Assembly: GCA_043825875.1 (NCBI GenBank)
Contig: JBDRRF010000079.1
Location: 128,001-192,000 of the forward strand
Direction: 5' to 3'
DNA from: Pseudomonadota bacterium
Lineage (GTDB): Bacteria > Desulfobacterota > Desulfobacteria > Desulfobacterales > RPRI01
Length of the DNA stretch: 64,000 nucleotides
Positions 1-9,857 of the stretch are shown one piece after another. Position 1 is the stretch's first letter. Each line of letters begins with the position of its first letter. Below the pieces are notes generated by a model. That model saw only the letters and a program-made list of their open reading frames with translations. It had not been told where the DNA came from and did not search any database. Both the position numbers and the translations under genes were made by a program.

Positions 1-2
1 TA

Positions 3-566
3 ATCATAGGCGCAATGTTAATCGCCCCGCTTTTTGGCCCTAACATGTCATTGGCTGTTGGGACAACCTTTGGTGACCTAAAACTTGTCGGAAAGGCTCT
101 TCAAACGTCATTAGCAGGTATTGTTTTAGCTACCATAGTATCAGCTATTATTGGTATTGTAACAACAGTCGATCCGGGCATCAATGCTATTACAGAACGT
201 ACAGTGGTGGGTTTTGCCGATATCACTATTGCATTAGCGGCCGGATGTGCCGGTTCACTCGCCTTTACATCAGGTTATTCAAGAGCAGTCATTGGAGTAA
301 TGGTGTCTGTGGCGCTGTTGCCTCCGCTTGCAACTTTTGGACTTCTTCTCGGCTCCGGTAATTGGTCACTTGCTGCTAATGCATTACTGCTTACAGCAAC
401 AAATATAATTTGCATCAATCTTGCCGGTGTTGTTACCTTTCTTTTGCAGGGTGTTCGGCCTACTAACTGGAGAGAAGCAAAAAAGGCCAAGCGTGCTATA
501 TGGATTGCATCCTTATCATGGCTCACACTGCTGATTGCTTTAATAATCATCTTATCCAGCAGATAA
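3..566 (+). CDS. TIGR00341/DUF389 family membrane protein (5' truncated by window edge)
   Basis: Frame open from position 3 (IIGAMLIAPL); motifs ALAAGCAG and GVMVSVALLPPL; multiple hydrophobic helices. Confidence 0.85.
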   Translation: MIGAMLIAPLFGPNMSLAVGTTFGDLKLVGKALQTSLAGIVLATIVSAIIGIVTTVDPGINAITERTVVGFADITIALAAGCAGSLAFTSGYSRAVIGVMVSVALLPPLATFGLLLGSGNWSLAANALLLTATNIICINLAGVVTFLLQGVRPTNWREAKKAKRAIWIASLSWLTLLIALIIILSSR

Positions 567-700
567 CATGATAGCAAAGAACAATAAATATCCATTCCCT
601 TGGCTATAAAACCACTTTTAAATTCATATTTAATCTGTTATTAGTATATATAAAGATATTTTATTTAATACAAACAATATAAATTTACGGGAGGAATAAA

Positions 701-1195
701 ATGCCAAGGATAATTTTTGCTGTTTTATTATCGATTTTATTTATTATCGGTTGCGGAGAAAAAGCTGAAGAAAAGATGATTGAAAAACAAATTAAGAAGG
801 CAACCGGATCAGATGCAAATGTTGATATTTCGGATAATAAAATCAATATTGTTTCAAGTACAAAAGAAGGTAAGTTTAGCATGTCTATGGGTGAGTCGGT
901 TGAGATTCCAAAAGATTTTCCAACAGACATCTTTATCTACAAGCCTTCAGAAACAGTCGCAGCCATAAAAATGCCGGAAGGGTTCTCTATTTCCCTAAAA
1001 ACCGGAAACGATATAACAAAGGTTACCGCATCTTATCAGAAAAAAATGAAGTCAGAAGGCTGGTCTGAAAAAGCCAGTATGAATTTTAGCGGCCAGCAAG
1101 TTTTAGTATATGAAAAAGAAAACCGTAATGCAAATATCTCCATTGCTTCCACGGAGGGTGAAACAAATATTACTCTTACTATCGTTAAAAACTAG
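701..1195 (+). CDS. hypothetical lipoprotein
   Basis: GGAGG Shine-Dalgarno; signal peptide with lipobox IIGC. Confidence 0.75.
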   Translation: MPRIIFAVLLSILFIIGCGEKAEEKMIEKQIKKATGSDANVDISDNKINIVSSTKEGKFSMSMGESVEIPKDFPTDIFIYKPSETVAAIKMPEGFSISLKTGNDITKVTASYQKKMKSEGWSEKASMNFSGQQVLVYEKENRNANISIASTEGETNITLTIVKN

Positions 1196-1355
1196 ATCTG
1201 AAGCATTTTAATAACATTTATGCACAAAATATTTAGATACACATTAGACTTAGCCTGTTTATCATAAAACATATAATCAAGCAGGAGATAATCTTTTAAG
1301 CATTTTATCATCACCATAAAATTCATTCAAAAAATTACGGGGGTATGATTAACAA

Positions 1356-1727
1356 ATGAAAATACTTCTCATGGATGATGAAAAAATTATTATAGACGTT
1401 GTTAAAGCTATGCTTAATAAGATCGGCCATGATGTTGTTTTAGCTCAAAACGGGGAAGAAGCAATTCATTTGTTTAACAAAGCATTTGATTCAGCAGCCC
1501 CTATTGATTTAATGATAATGGATTTAACAATTCCTAAAGGCATGGGGGGCAAAGAAGCTGTTCATGAAATATTGAAAATAGATCCAAATGCTAAAGTAAT
1601 TATATCAAGTGGATACTCTCAAGATCCAGCAATTATTAACTTCAAAGATTATGGTTTTTCAGCGGCTATTGTAAAACCTTTTCAGCTAAAAACACTTATA
1701 AATATTATCAATCAACTTACGGATTAA
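1356..1727 (+). CDS. single-domain response regulator receiver
   Basis: ILLMDDE, phospho-acceptor IMDLTIP, SSGY and KPF motifs. Confidence 0.92.
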   Translation: MKILLMDDEKIIIDVVKAMLNKIGHDVVLAQNGEEAIHLFNKAFDSAAPIDLMIMDLTIPKGMGGKEAVHEILKIDPNAKVIISSGYSQDPAIINFKDYGFSAAIVKPFQLKTLINIINQLTD

Positions 1728-1833
1728 TAGCATCGCCTAAAAGATGTAGAATGTAATCATCCCGTATATCATTTTTATAAAATAGATTTCTTTTTCAAAC
1801 CAAATAAAGTGAATTTCAGGAGGTATTGTTGTT

Positions 1834-3255
1834 TTGAAAAGGCAGATATCGGCAATCATTTTATTTTTTTTCTTAATTACTGCTTTTCCCCTAACATCCT
1901 TTGCGAATAAAGCTTTACAACCTTTGCCGCTCAATGCACATATTGCAGACAAATATCATGACGATCTTAACGGACTTTTAGAAAAACGCTATATTCGAGT
2001 TCTGACCACACTAAATCAAACAAATTTCTTCATGTCCAAAGGGAAAGTATTCGGATACGAATACGCACTGATCAAAGGATATGAAAAATATCTTAACAAA
2101 AAAATTAAAAAAAAGGGATTGCAAATAGTAATAGAATGTATTCCGGTTACCAGAGACCAACTTGTTCCACGTCTTGTTGAAGGATACGGAGATATTGCTG
2201 CGGCTGGATTAACCATAACACCTGAGCGAAAAAAAAGTGTTGTTTTTACTGCCCCTTACCTATCAGATATAGATGAAGTTGTTGTCACCCACAAAGGCGG
2301 CTTTAGCCCTGTAAAAACTTCTGACCTTGCAGGCCAAAAGGTACTCGTACGCAAAAGCAGCAGCTATTATCAAAGCCTTCTGCTTCTTAATGAAAAACTC
2401 ATAAAACAGGGAAAAAACCCCGTTCGGATAATTACGGCTGATGAAGATCTTGAAACTGAAAACATCCTGGAAATGGTTAACTCCGGAGCTGTGGAAACAA
2501 CAGTAGCAGATAGTCACATTGCCTCGATCTGGTCCGATATTTTACAAAACATTGATATCCATAAGTCTGTAAAGCTGCGAACCGGTTCGAAAATAGCCTG
2601 GATGGTCAGAAAGGAAAATGACCAGTTGCTTGCCAGCCTTAACAATTATTTAAAAAACTATAAAAAAGGGACCTTGCTGGGGAACATATATTTCAAACGC
2701 TATTATGCCAACAATAAATGGCTGAAGAACCCCTCAGACCCGGCCGATCTCAAACAGCTAAAGCGATATGAGGCTTTAATCAAAAAATATGCTTTGCGCT
2801 ATGGCTATGACTGGAAGCTAATTATGGCTATCGCCTATCAGGAATCAGGCCTTGACCACAAAAAAAAGAGTTCAGCCGGCGCTGTAGGTCTCATGCAGAT
2901 ACTTCCAAAAACGGCCAAAGATAAGCGAATAAATATTAAAAATATTAACAAACTGGAAAATAATATCCATGCGGGTGTCAAATACTTATCTATACTTCAA
3001 AAACGCTATTCTACCAATAAATCGATTCACCCCAGAGATAAAATACGCTTTGCCCTGGCCTCATACAATGCCGGGCCGGCAAAAATCAGAAAAGCAAGAC
3101 AACTGGCAAAAAAGATGGGGCTTAATCCCAACCGTTGGTTTCAAAACGTTGAAGTAGCAACACTACGGTTGGTAGGGCAAGAAACCGTCCGTTATGTTAG
3201 CAATATCAACAAATACTACAACCTGTATCATATCCTTCTTGACAAGGATCAGTAA
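1834..3255 (+). CDS. mltF: MltF-like lytic transglycosylase (solute-binding domain + SLT domain)
   Basis: N-terminal SBP_bac_3-like region (GDIAAAGLTITPER); C-terminal YQES, GLMQ, SYNAG and ETVRYV SLT motifs. Confidence 0.85.
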   Translation: MKRQISAIILFFFLITAFPLTSFANKALQPLPLNAHIADKYHDDLNGLLEKRYIRVLTTLNQTNFFMSKGKVFGYEYALIKGYEKYLNKKIKKKGLQIVIECIPVTRDQLVPRLVEGYGDIAAAGLTITPERKKSVVFTAPYLSDIDEVVVTHKGGFSPVKTSDLAGQKVLVRKSSSYYQSLLLLNEKLIKQGKNPVRIITADEDLETENILEMVNSGAVETTVADSHIASIWSDILQNIDIHKSVKLRTGSKIAWMVRKENDQLLASLNNYLKNYKKGTLLGNIYFKRYYANNKWLKNPSDPADLKQLKRYEALIKKYALRYGYDWKLIMAIAYQESGLDHKKKSSAGAVGLMQILPKTAKDKRINIKNINKLENNIHAGVKYLSILQKRYSTNKSIHPRDKIRFALASYNAGPAKIRKARQLAKKMGLNPNRWFQNVEVATLRLVGQETVRYVSNINKYYNLYHILLDKDQ

Positions 3256-3310
3256 ATAACGCGACAGTAATAAATTTCACAAAAACCCAATTACAGATTT
3301 CTAAAAAAAA

Positions 3311-3340
3311 CTACCCCGCCAGCAAGGCTGACGGGGTATC
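3311..3340. terminator. GC-rich hairpin between convergent genes; also a copy of the REP-like element at 3972
   Basis: TACCCCGCCAGC-AAG-GCTGACGGGGTA stem; preceding A-tract gives a U-tract on the minus strand. Confidence 0.65.
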
Positions 3341-3392
3341 AAGAAAATATCTTCTTTATATTACAAAGCAAAATTTCAGAGTTAAATAATTA

Positions 3393-3860
3393 CTATTTGA
3401 CTACTATCTTACCGGAAGCAAGCGGTGCTTTTCTATTCTGTGTATATATCTCATACTTATAAGTACCCGGTTCCATGAATCTTAGGCTGGTTGTTTCTCC
3501 CTGTGCCAAAAAATCAGTTACAAAACAACCCATATTGGGAGTTAATCTAAAGCCAACCGGAGACTTGGTGGACACAGCACATAGTTTACCTTCTTTAAAG
3601 CTTGTACTGATTTCAGCTCCTCGTACCCAATTAACCCAGACCACACATGATCCAACCGGGACATCTAAATATTGAGGGGCTATGGTTATTATATCATCAC
3701 CTTCTGCGCCCTTCGTGGTTATATTTCCTTTTAAGGACACAATAAAACAATTCCCATCTCCTTCATCTCCTGCGTTAACAGTACTCGGAATTACAACAAA
3801 CGACGCAATGAGCAATAACATAATAACAAAACTAGCAACTAAAAACTTACCTTTTTTCAT
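3393..3860 (-). CDS. secreted cupredoxin-like protein, paralog 1
   Basis: Signal peptide; LDVPVGSCVVWVN and SLRFMEPGTYKY cupredoxin-fold motifs; GGAGG SD. Confidence 0.65.
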   Translation of the reverse strand: MKKGKFLVASFVIMLLLIASFVVIPSTVNAGDEGDGNCFIVSLKGNITTKGAEGDDIITIAPQYLDVPVGSCVVWVNWVRGAEISTSFKEGKLCAVSTKSPVGFRLTPNMGCFVTDFLAQGETTSLRFMEPGTYKYEIYTQNRKAPLASGKIVVK

Positions 3861-3923
3861 GATGCTCCTCCTTGTTTAATTTTATGTTAATAATAACCAA
3901 CATGAATAATTCATTATGAAATT

Positions 3924-3951
3924 AGTGTAGATTACAAATTAATAATGTCAA
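3924..3951 (-). promoter_or_regulatory. sigma70-like promoter of paralog 1
   Basis: TTGACA-N16-TACACT on minus strand; nearly the same sequence precedes paralog 2. Confidence 0.6.
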
Positions 3952-3971
3952 GGTAAATATCATAAAAAAGT

Positions 3972-4069
3972 AATGAACTACCCAACAGCAGAGCTGACGT
4001 GGTATCAAACAAGTTTCACTTTTATTTTATGAAGCAAAGCTTCGGTGAATTAAACCTCAAGTGATTAAA
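3972..4069 (+). repeat. two-hairpin REP/IS200-IS605-end-like miniature element
   Basis: AACTACCC..CAGCAGAGCTG..GGTATC hairpin followed by GAAGCAAAGCTTC hairpin; related decayed copy at ~3309-3385. Confidence 0.5.
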
Positions 4070-4079
4070 GGTTTACTTG

Positions 4080-4565
4080 CTATTTAACAATAATTTGACC
4101 TGATGCCAGTGGGGCTGTCCTGCTTTGTGTATATATATCATACTTATAAGTGCCAGGTTCCATAAATCTTAGACTGGATGTTTCTCCTTGCACCAAAAAA
4201 TTAGTAACATAGCAACCTAAACCGGGAGTTAGCCTAAAACTCATAGAAGACTTGGTTTTGTCAGCACATACTTTTCCATCTTGAAAGCTTGTACTGATTT
4301 CAGCTCCTCGAATCCAATTAACCCAGACCACACATGATCCTGCCGAGACAGTTAAATCTTGAGGACTTATTTTTACTATCGGATCCATATCCTTGGAACT
4401 CTGTTGAGAAATATTTCCTCTCAGGCTTCCTCTCAGGCTTACAACATAGCATTTGTCACTGTCTTTTTCTGCTGCATTAATTGTTCCCGGATTTACAATA
4501 ATAAATGACATGATGAACAATAACATAACAACACTGGCAACTAAAAACTTAACATTTTTCATCAT
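4080..4565 (-). CDS. secreted cupredoxin-like protein, paralog 2
   Basis: Clearly homologous to 3393-3860 (GSCVVWVNW.RGAEISTSF, SLRFMEPGTYKY). Confidence 0.65.
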   Translation of the reverse strand: MMKNVKFLVASVVMLLFIMSFIIVNPGTINAAEKDSDKCYVVSLRGSLRGNISQQSSKDMDPIVKISPQDLTVSAGSCVVWVNWIRGAEISTSFQDGKVCADKTKSSMSFRLTPGLGCYVTNFLVQGETSSLRFMEPGTYKYDIYTQSRTAPLASGQIIVK

Positions 4566-4623
4566 TCTCCTCCATATATAAATTTGTTTATGTATAATAA
4601 CTATTCATAATTACTATAAAAAT

Positions 4624-4651
4624 AGTATAGATTGCAAATTAATAAAGTCAA
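4624..4651 (-). promoter_or_regulatory. sigma70-like promoter of paralog 2
   Basis: TTGACT-N16-TATACT on minus strand. Confidence 0.6.
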
Positions 4652-4801
4652 GTTTAAAACAGAAAAATGTATATTAACAAATTTTTAATTAGAATATTAT
4701 TAATAGCAGATACAATAACTTAACAATAAGTAAATACATTTAAAATTTTATAGATTAATATTTTTAATACAAGAAGTTCTTTAAACAATTTCAACTAAAC
4801 T

Positions 4802-6103
4802 CTATAAACCCTTTCTTAAATTATTAATAAATTCTGATTCATTATCGGGAAGATTTGAACCCTTATAAATGATACTGCCCCTTCCATTAATACCGACTAT
4901 ATATGGCAAGCCTTTTACTCCAAATGTTTTGCTTGCAACTGTTCCCTCGGTATCCAGTAGTATTGTATAATTTATGTTTTGTGATCTCTTAAATCGTTGC
5001 ACAACTTCTGCAGGTTGTCCATAGTTAATCCCTAAAACAACAATATCCTGTTTTTGCGCCTTTTCGGCAAATTTTTTAATTACAGGCACTTCTTCCATAC
5101 AGTAAACACACCATGTTGCAAAAAAAACAATCACAACCCCTTTCTTGCCTTTTAACCGGCTTAAAGTAATTTTATCTCCTTTAAGTGAATTAAGGCTAAA
5201 GTCAAGAGCCGAATTTTCTAAGGATATTTCATTAATATTTTGCAACAGTTTCTCATTATTTGTTTCAGTAGTAGTGATTATTTTTTCGTTTGAATTATCA
5301 ATCCCGGCATCTATCGGTACTGGAAATTCTGCTTTTGAAAAAAACTGGATAAGATTTGGGAAATCCGTATTTTGGCCAATGAATACCAGAAACAGGCTTG
5401 CTGAAATAATAATTATAAAAGCAAAACCTTTTTTTATAGTTTCCATCCAGCGACCTGCTTTGGGCAGTTTTGAAATGAACCCGGTCATTACTCCTGCCAG
5501 AATAATTATGGTTCCCTGACCAAATCCAAACAAAAAAAGTTGAACTCCACTTTTTAAAACATGCAGAGTATAATCCACTCCTTGAGCTTTTTTGAGTGTA
5601 ATTGCGATCGCTCCCAAAGCAACAGCCAGAATAGGCCCAGTGCAAGGTCCGATAATCAAACCGCTAATGCAACCTACTATAAAAGCGCCCAATACGCCCT
5701 TAAGATTGGCCGATTTAAACTGTAGTCTTGAAATAAATTGGGGATTAGGAATATTAACCACATCCAACATAAAAAGGCTCATCATTATAAAAAAAATTGC
5801 GATTGAATACATAAGCAATCCATTTCCAAGGATAGAACCGTATGTACCTCCTATCACCGAAATGGTCACGCCAAATATAGAATATACAAAAGCCAAGCCT
5901 GTTACCATGGAAAGGCTTAGAATAAAGGCACGCATTCGGTTATCGCTTGCCTGGTTGCCAATATATCCGATCGTCAAGGGAAGAGCAGGATAAACGCATG
6001 GGGTAAAAGATGATAGAATACCACCTCCAAACATCAGGAAATAAATCATTATACTATCCTGACGAAAAGCTTCTTGTATGAAATGATGGATATACTCTAT
6101 CAT
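4802..6103 (-). CDS. ccdA: CcdA/DsbD-beta membrane domain fused to TlpA-like thioredoxin (DipZ-like)
   Basis: SFTPCVYP and GPCTGP CcdA cysteines; C-terminal FFATWCVYC thioredoxin motif. Confidence 0.85.
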   Translation of the reverse strand: MIEYIHHFIQEAFRQDSIMIYFLMFGGGILSSFTPCVYPALPLTIGYIGNQASDNRMRAFILSLSMVTGLAFVYSIFGVTISVIGGTYGSILGNGLLMYSIAIFFIMMSLFMLDVVNIPNPQFISRLQFKSANLKGVLGAFIVGCISGLIIGPCTGPILAVALGAIAITLKKAQGVDYTLHVLKSGVQLFLFGFGQGTIIILAGVMTGFISKLPKAGRWMETIKKGFAFIIIISASLFLVFIGQNTDFPNLIQFFSKAEFPVPIDAGIDNSNEKIITTTETNNEKLLQNINEISLENSALDFSLNSLKGDKITLSRLKGKKGVVIVFFATWCVYCMEEVPVIKKFAEKAQKQDIVVLGINYGQPAEVVQRFKRSQNINYTILLDTEGTVASKTFGVKGLPYIVGINGRGSIIYKGSNLPDNESEFINNLRKGL

Positions 6104-6158
6104 TTTATATCACCGGATTTGTTTTTTGATGTTTCAGGTTTATAAAATTATATTTATT

Positions 6159-6301
6159 GAGCCACTTTCAAGACGTTTCAGTTTGGTCAAGCTCAAGGCG
6201 GGAGAAAATTTCAACCACAGGAATACATTTAGTATTTCGAGGATTGAAATTTGAGCCCAACGCTTAAGATCGGCCAAAATGGGGCGTTTTGAAACTGGCT
6301 C
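6159..6301. mobile_element. 143-bp MITE-like element, family A, copy 1
   Basis: Terminal inverted repeats GAGCCACTTTCAAGACG / CGTTTTGAAACTGGCTC; 4-bp TSD TATT (6155-6158, 6302-6305); near-identical copy at 14183. Confidence 0.88.
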
Positions 6302-6936
6302 TATTGCTTATTTACTTCTTCAAGAGCTTTGGCAAGATCTTCTAAAAACGGTCGCTTGTTTATATCATGAACATCTATATATGTTATAATTCCTTTTTTG
6401 TTGATTACGAACAAGGCTCTTTCGCTTACACCTTCTGATCGAAGTACACCATATTTGGCAGCTACCGCTCCATGAGGATAAAAATCGGAAAGAACAGGAA
6501 ACCAGATTTTTTCATTTGGATTAGTCATCTGTTTTGTCCAGGAATATAGTGTTGGGATATTGTCTACTGTTATACCGAGCAGGATGGCATCGTTTTTTTC
6601 AAACAGCTCTTTTGATATGTTATAACCTGGCCACTGATCAGAGCAAACCGGTGTCCATGCCGCAGGCACAAATGATATAACAACGTTATATTTTCCTGCA
6701 TACCGGCTAAGAGTTATTTTATCGTCGGATACTGATGGGAGAGTAAAATCGGGGGCATGATCTCCGACTTTCAAATTTATGACAGAATCTGTTGATTTGA
6801 GTTTTCCCACCGGATAAATTGATTCTGAAAATTTTTCCGATTGCCCATAAGCCATAGTCATTCCCGTTACTATCATAAAAATGATAAGGCATAATAAATA
6901 TTTATATTTATTGATCTGTTGGTTCATTTCCATCAC
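6301..6936 (-). CDS. exported peroxiredoxin (AhpC/TSA, AhpE-like)
   Basis: PAAWTPVC peroxidatic motif, ERALFVI; N-terminal signal peptide. Confidence 0.85.
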   Translation of the reverse strand: MMEMNQQINKYKYLLCLIIFMIVTGMTMAYGQSEKFSESIYPVGKLKSTDSVINLKVGDHAPDFTLPSVSDDKITLSRYAGKYNVVISFVPAAWTPVCSDQWPGYNISKELFEKNDAILLGITVDNIPTLYSWTKQMTNPNEKIWFPVLSDFYPHGAVAAKYGVLRSEGVSERALFVINKKGIITYIDVHDINKRPFLEDLAKALEEVNKQ

Positions 6937-7546
6937 CCGATCCTATTTTTGAAAACTTTATAATTTCATCCAAAAATTTTTGACTATCCTCAAAACCTCC
7001 TTCTTTAAAATAAAATTGCTCGTTAGGTCCGTTTTTATTTAATTTAATCCCTATAAAGGTAGGAGTGGCTTTTGCGTGCAGCAAATTAAATATTTGCGTA
7101 CTTTTGTCGGAAAACAGAGGAAAAGGTACTTTATATTTTTCTTTGAAAGAATTTATCTCATAATTACTATTGGCCACACCTATACCTATTATTTTTATTT
7201 CTTCTTTTAAGGCGGTTTGTTGTTCAATCTTCTTATAAACCTCGTTTACCTTAGATGCCGCCCTCTGGCAATGCGGACAATAAAAACTGAAAAATTCTAT
7301 AATCAAAACCTTGGCTTTAATTTGTCCGATATTAAAATCCATGTTGTCAGAAAGGCCCAAATATTTTTTTTCTGCTTTACTCGAAGGTGCAGGAAGCTGG
7401 AATTCAGGGAAGCTATTGCTGTTAAGATGGGAGTCCTCGGAATTGGGAATAGGTTCAGCACCTTTCGCCAATTGCATATTATATTCAAAAAACAATCCCA
7501 ATAATAAACACAGTACAATATATTTCCATGATTTATTTTTTTTCAT
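6908..7546 (-). CDS. exported TlpA-like thioredoxin
   Basis: FYCPHC motif, cis-Pro ATPT, signal peptide. Confidence 0.82.
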   Translation of the reverse strand: MKKNKSWKYIVLCLLLGLFFEYNMQLAKGAEPIPNSEDSHLNSNSFPEFQLPAPSSKAEKKYLGLSDNMDFNIGQIKAKVLIIEFFSFYCPHCQRAASKVNEVYKKIEQQTALKEEIKIIGIGVANSNYEINSFKEKYKVPFPLFSDKSTQIFNLLHAKATPTFIGIKLNKNGPNEQFYFKEGGFEDSQKFLDEIIKFSKIGSGDGNEPTDQ

Positions 7547-7783
7547 AAATTATCCTTCAAACATTTAAAAATAAACAGTGATTATCCATAAATGTATACA
7601 AACTTCTCTATTATTTAAAAGATACAGAATAGATTATGATAATTTAATCTTAAATTTATGATCAGGAACAGAATATATATTTTTGCCGCAACACAGGCAT
7701 TTTAATCGAGAGAATAAGCAGTCATTTATATTGTAAGAATTAAATAAAATTTTACAAGTCATTTTATCAGCAAACTTGCATTA

Positions 7784-8758
7784 TTACAATAATATGAGAT
7801 CTATTCTTCCAAAAGCTATCATTATGCCACATAAAAACAAAAGAGCCAATATTGAAGACAAAACCATAAGCTTGCAGGATTTTTTAATGTGAATCCATTG
7901 AGCTTCTCCAAAGTCTACACCTATATATGGTTTTGATATGAGTTGCCCTCCGTAGTAATTCGGCCCTCCGAGTTTTACCAAAAGAGCGCCGGCAAATGCA
8001 GCTTCAGAATATCCAGAATTAGGACTTGAATGATTACGTCCTTCTTTTACGGCTGTTTTAAAAGATGAAATACCTTTTCCGCAAAGCATTTGAGCTGCAC
8101 AAGAAATTATAAAAATTGAGATGCGAGCCGGTATATAATTTGCCACATCATCTATTTTCGCCGATGCTTTCCCGAAATCGATATACTTTTCATTTTTATA
8201 TCCTACCATTGAATCAAGTGTGTTTATCATTTTATAAGAAATTGCAAAAGGCGCTCCTCCAATGGCTGCAAAAAATAACGGAGATATAACACCATCTACA
8301 AGATTTTCCGCAACCGTCTCAACTGTCGCCCTTACTACCCCTTCTTCGGAAAGTTTTTTGGTATCTCTTCCCACTATCATTGAAAGTTTTATTCTTGCTT
8401 CTTCAAGACCTGATTTACTGAAAGCATGCATTACATCTGATGCCGCATCTTTAAGGGAGCGAACCGAAATGCAGTAATATACAAGAATAATTTCTACAAT
8501 AATTCCAAAAACAGGATGAATCAGGTATGATATATACACTATAAGAAAAGTGAGCGAAAACGATGTAAAAATTAAAAAAAGGCAAAACAGCAAACCGCTT
8601 GTAAAAAGCTTTACAGGAAATTTTCTAAATACGGGTTCAAAAAACGAAATGGCTTTGCCAATTACTCTTATTGGATGTGGAAAAGAGGGCGGATCTCCCA
8701 ATATAAGATCTAAAACAAAAGCGCTGGGAAGAATATACCATAAAGGGATAAATTCCAT
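7784..8758 (-). CDS. cbiB: adenosylcobinamide-phosphate synthase CbiB
   Basis: GDP..PHP, IVGRDT, ETVAENLVDG, NTLDSMVGY and SPNSG motifs. Confidence 0.95.
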   Translation of the reverse strand: MEFIPLWYILPSAFVLDLILGDPPSFPHPIRVIGKAISFFEPVFRKFPVKLFTSGLLFCLFLIFTSFSLTFLIVYISYLIHPVFGIIVEIILVYYCISVRSLKDAASDVMHAFSKSGLEEARIKLSMIVGRDTKKLSEEGVVRATVETVAENLVDGVISPLFFAAIGGAPFAISYKMINTLDSMVGYKNEKYIDFGKASAKIDDVANYIPARISIFIISCAAQMLCGKGISSFKTAVKEGRNHSSPNSGYSEAAFAGALLVKLGGPNYYGGQLISKPYIGVDFGEAQWIHIKKSCKLMVLSSILALLFLCGIMIAFGRIDLILL

Positions 8759-8765
8759 TATCAGT

Positions 8766-9857
8766 TTATTTCCCGCCCAAATTTGAAATCATATCTACCA
8801 GCTTTTTTGCTATCAAACGATTTAAAAATGTAGTTTTCATTGAAATCCGTAGGTTTTGATCGGACAGGCCCTTAAAATTTGAACAGTTTCTTATAAGTAT
8901 TTTTTCAGATGACAGGCGCTTGCATATATCTTTAGCAGATAAATTTGTGTCCAGCTTAAATAGAATAAAAGACGTTGAACTCGGAAAAATTTTTACCTCG
9001 GAAATTTTCTCAAACTGTTTTGCAAATCGAATACGTTCTTTCTCAAGAAAATCAACCGTTTTTTCTATAAAATCCTGAGCATTATTTTCAGGACTCATTA
9101 AATAATAAACAGCAGCCTGGGCAATGCTGTTTACATTCCACGGAAGCACATAGGGTAAAAATTTATTTATATTTTCTTTTGAAGCAATCAAAAACCCTAT
9201 TCTCAAGCCCGGTATCTTAAATATTTTGGACATTGAATTTAGTACAATTAAATTATTAAAGTCTGAATTTAGAATACTCTTTTCTTTGCCGCCTCTCGCA
9301 AAAGGCATGTAAGATTCATCTACAATAAAATTTTTCTTGGGAAATGATCTGATAAGAGATTCAAGATCAAGTCGATTAATCAATACTCCAGTAGGATTAT
9401 TAGGATTGCATATAAAAATCGTATCAAAATTTACTATCGTTTTTTTTAACAGGTCTAAATCCGGATAATAATATAAAGATTCATTCAAAATGAAATATTC
9501 GTATTCAACTTTGTTCATTATACACGAATCTTCATAATCGGAATAAGTTGGACCGATAATAAGGACTTTTTTAGAACAAAGAGCTTTTGGAATGTTATAG
9601 ATAAACTGTGTAGTACCGTTTCCGGCAAGAACCCTATCTTTACTTATATTATAGTATTTTGAAAATGCCAGGATAGCCTCGTTTGAATCAACTTCCGGAA
9701 GGGAGGTTATGGAGTTGATATTCTTTTTTAAAAAAGAAACCAATCCGGCAGGTGGCCCCAAAGGATTCACATTGCTGCTCATGTCAATAATTTCAGAAGG
9801 ATTACAGTTAAGCTGTGCCGCAAGTTTATAAATATTTCCACCATGTCCTGTTATCAT
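8766..9857 (-). CDS. cobD: threonine-phosphate decarboxylase CobD (start corrected to MITGHGG)
   Basis: HGG, SSNVNPLG, CNPNNPTG and SMSKIFKIPGLRIG PLP motifs; ATG at 9857 overlaps the cobS stop. Confidence 0.92.
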   Translation of the reverse strand: MITGHGGNIYKLAAQLNCNPSEIIDMSSNVNPLGPPAGLVSFLKKNINSITSLPEVDSNEAILAFSKYYNISKDRVLAGNGTTQFIYNIPKALCSKKVLIIGPTYSDYEDSCIMNKVEYEYFILNESLYYYPDLDLLKKTIVNFDTIFICNPNNPTGVLINRLDLESLIRSFPKKNFIVDESYMPFARGGKEKSILNSDFNNLIVLNSMSKIFKIPGLRIGFLIASKENINKFLPYVLPWNVNSIAQAAVYYLMSPENNAQDFIEKTVDFLEKERIRFAKQFEKISEVKIFPSSTSFILFKLDTNLSAKDICKRLSSEKILIRNCSNFKGLSDQNLRISMKTTFLNRLIAKKLVDMISNLGGK

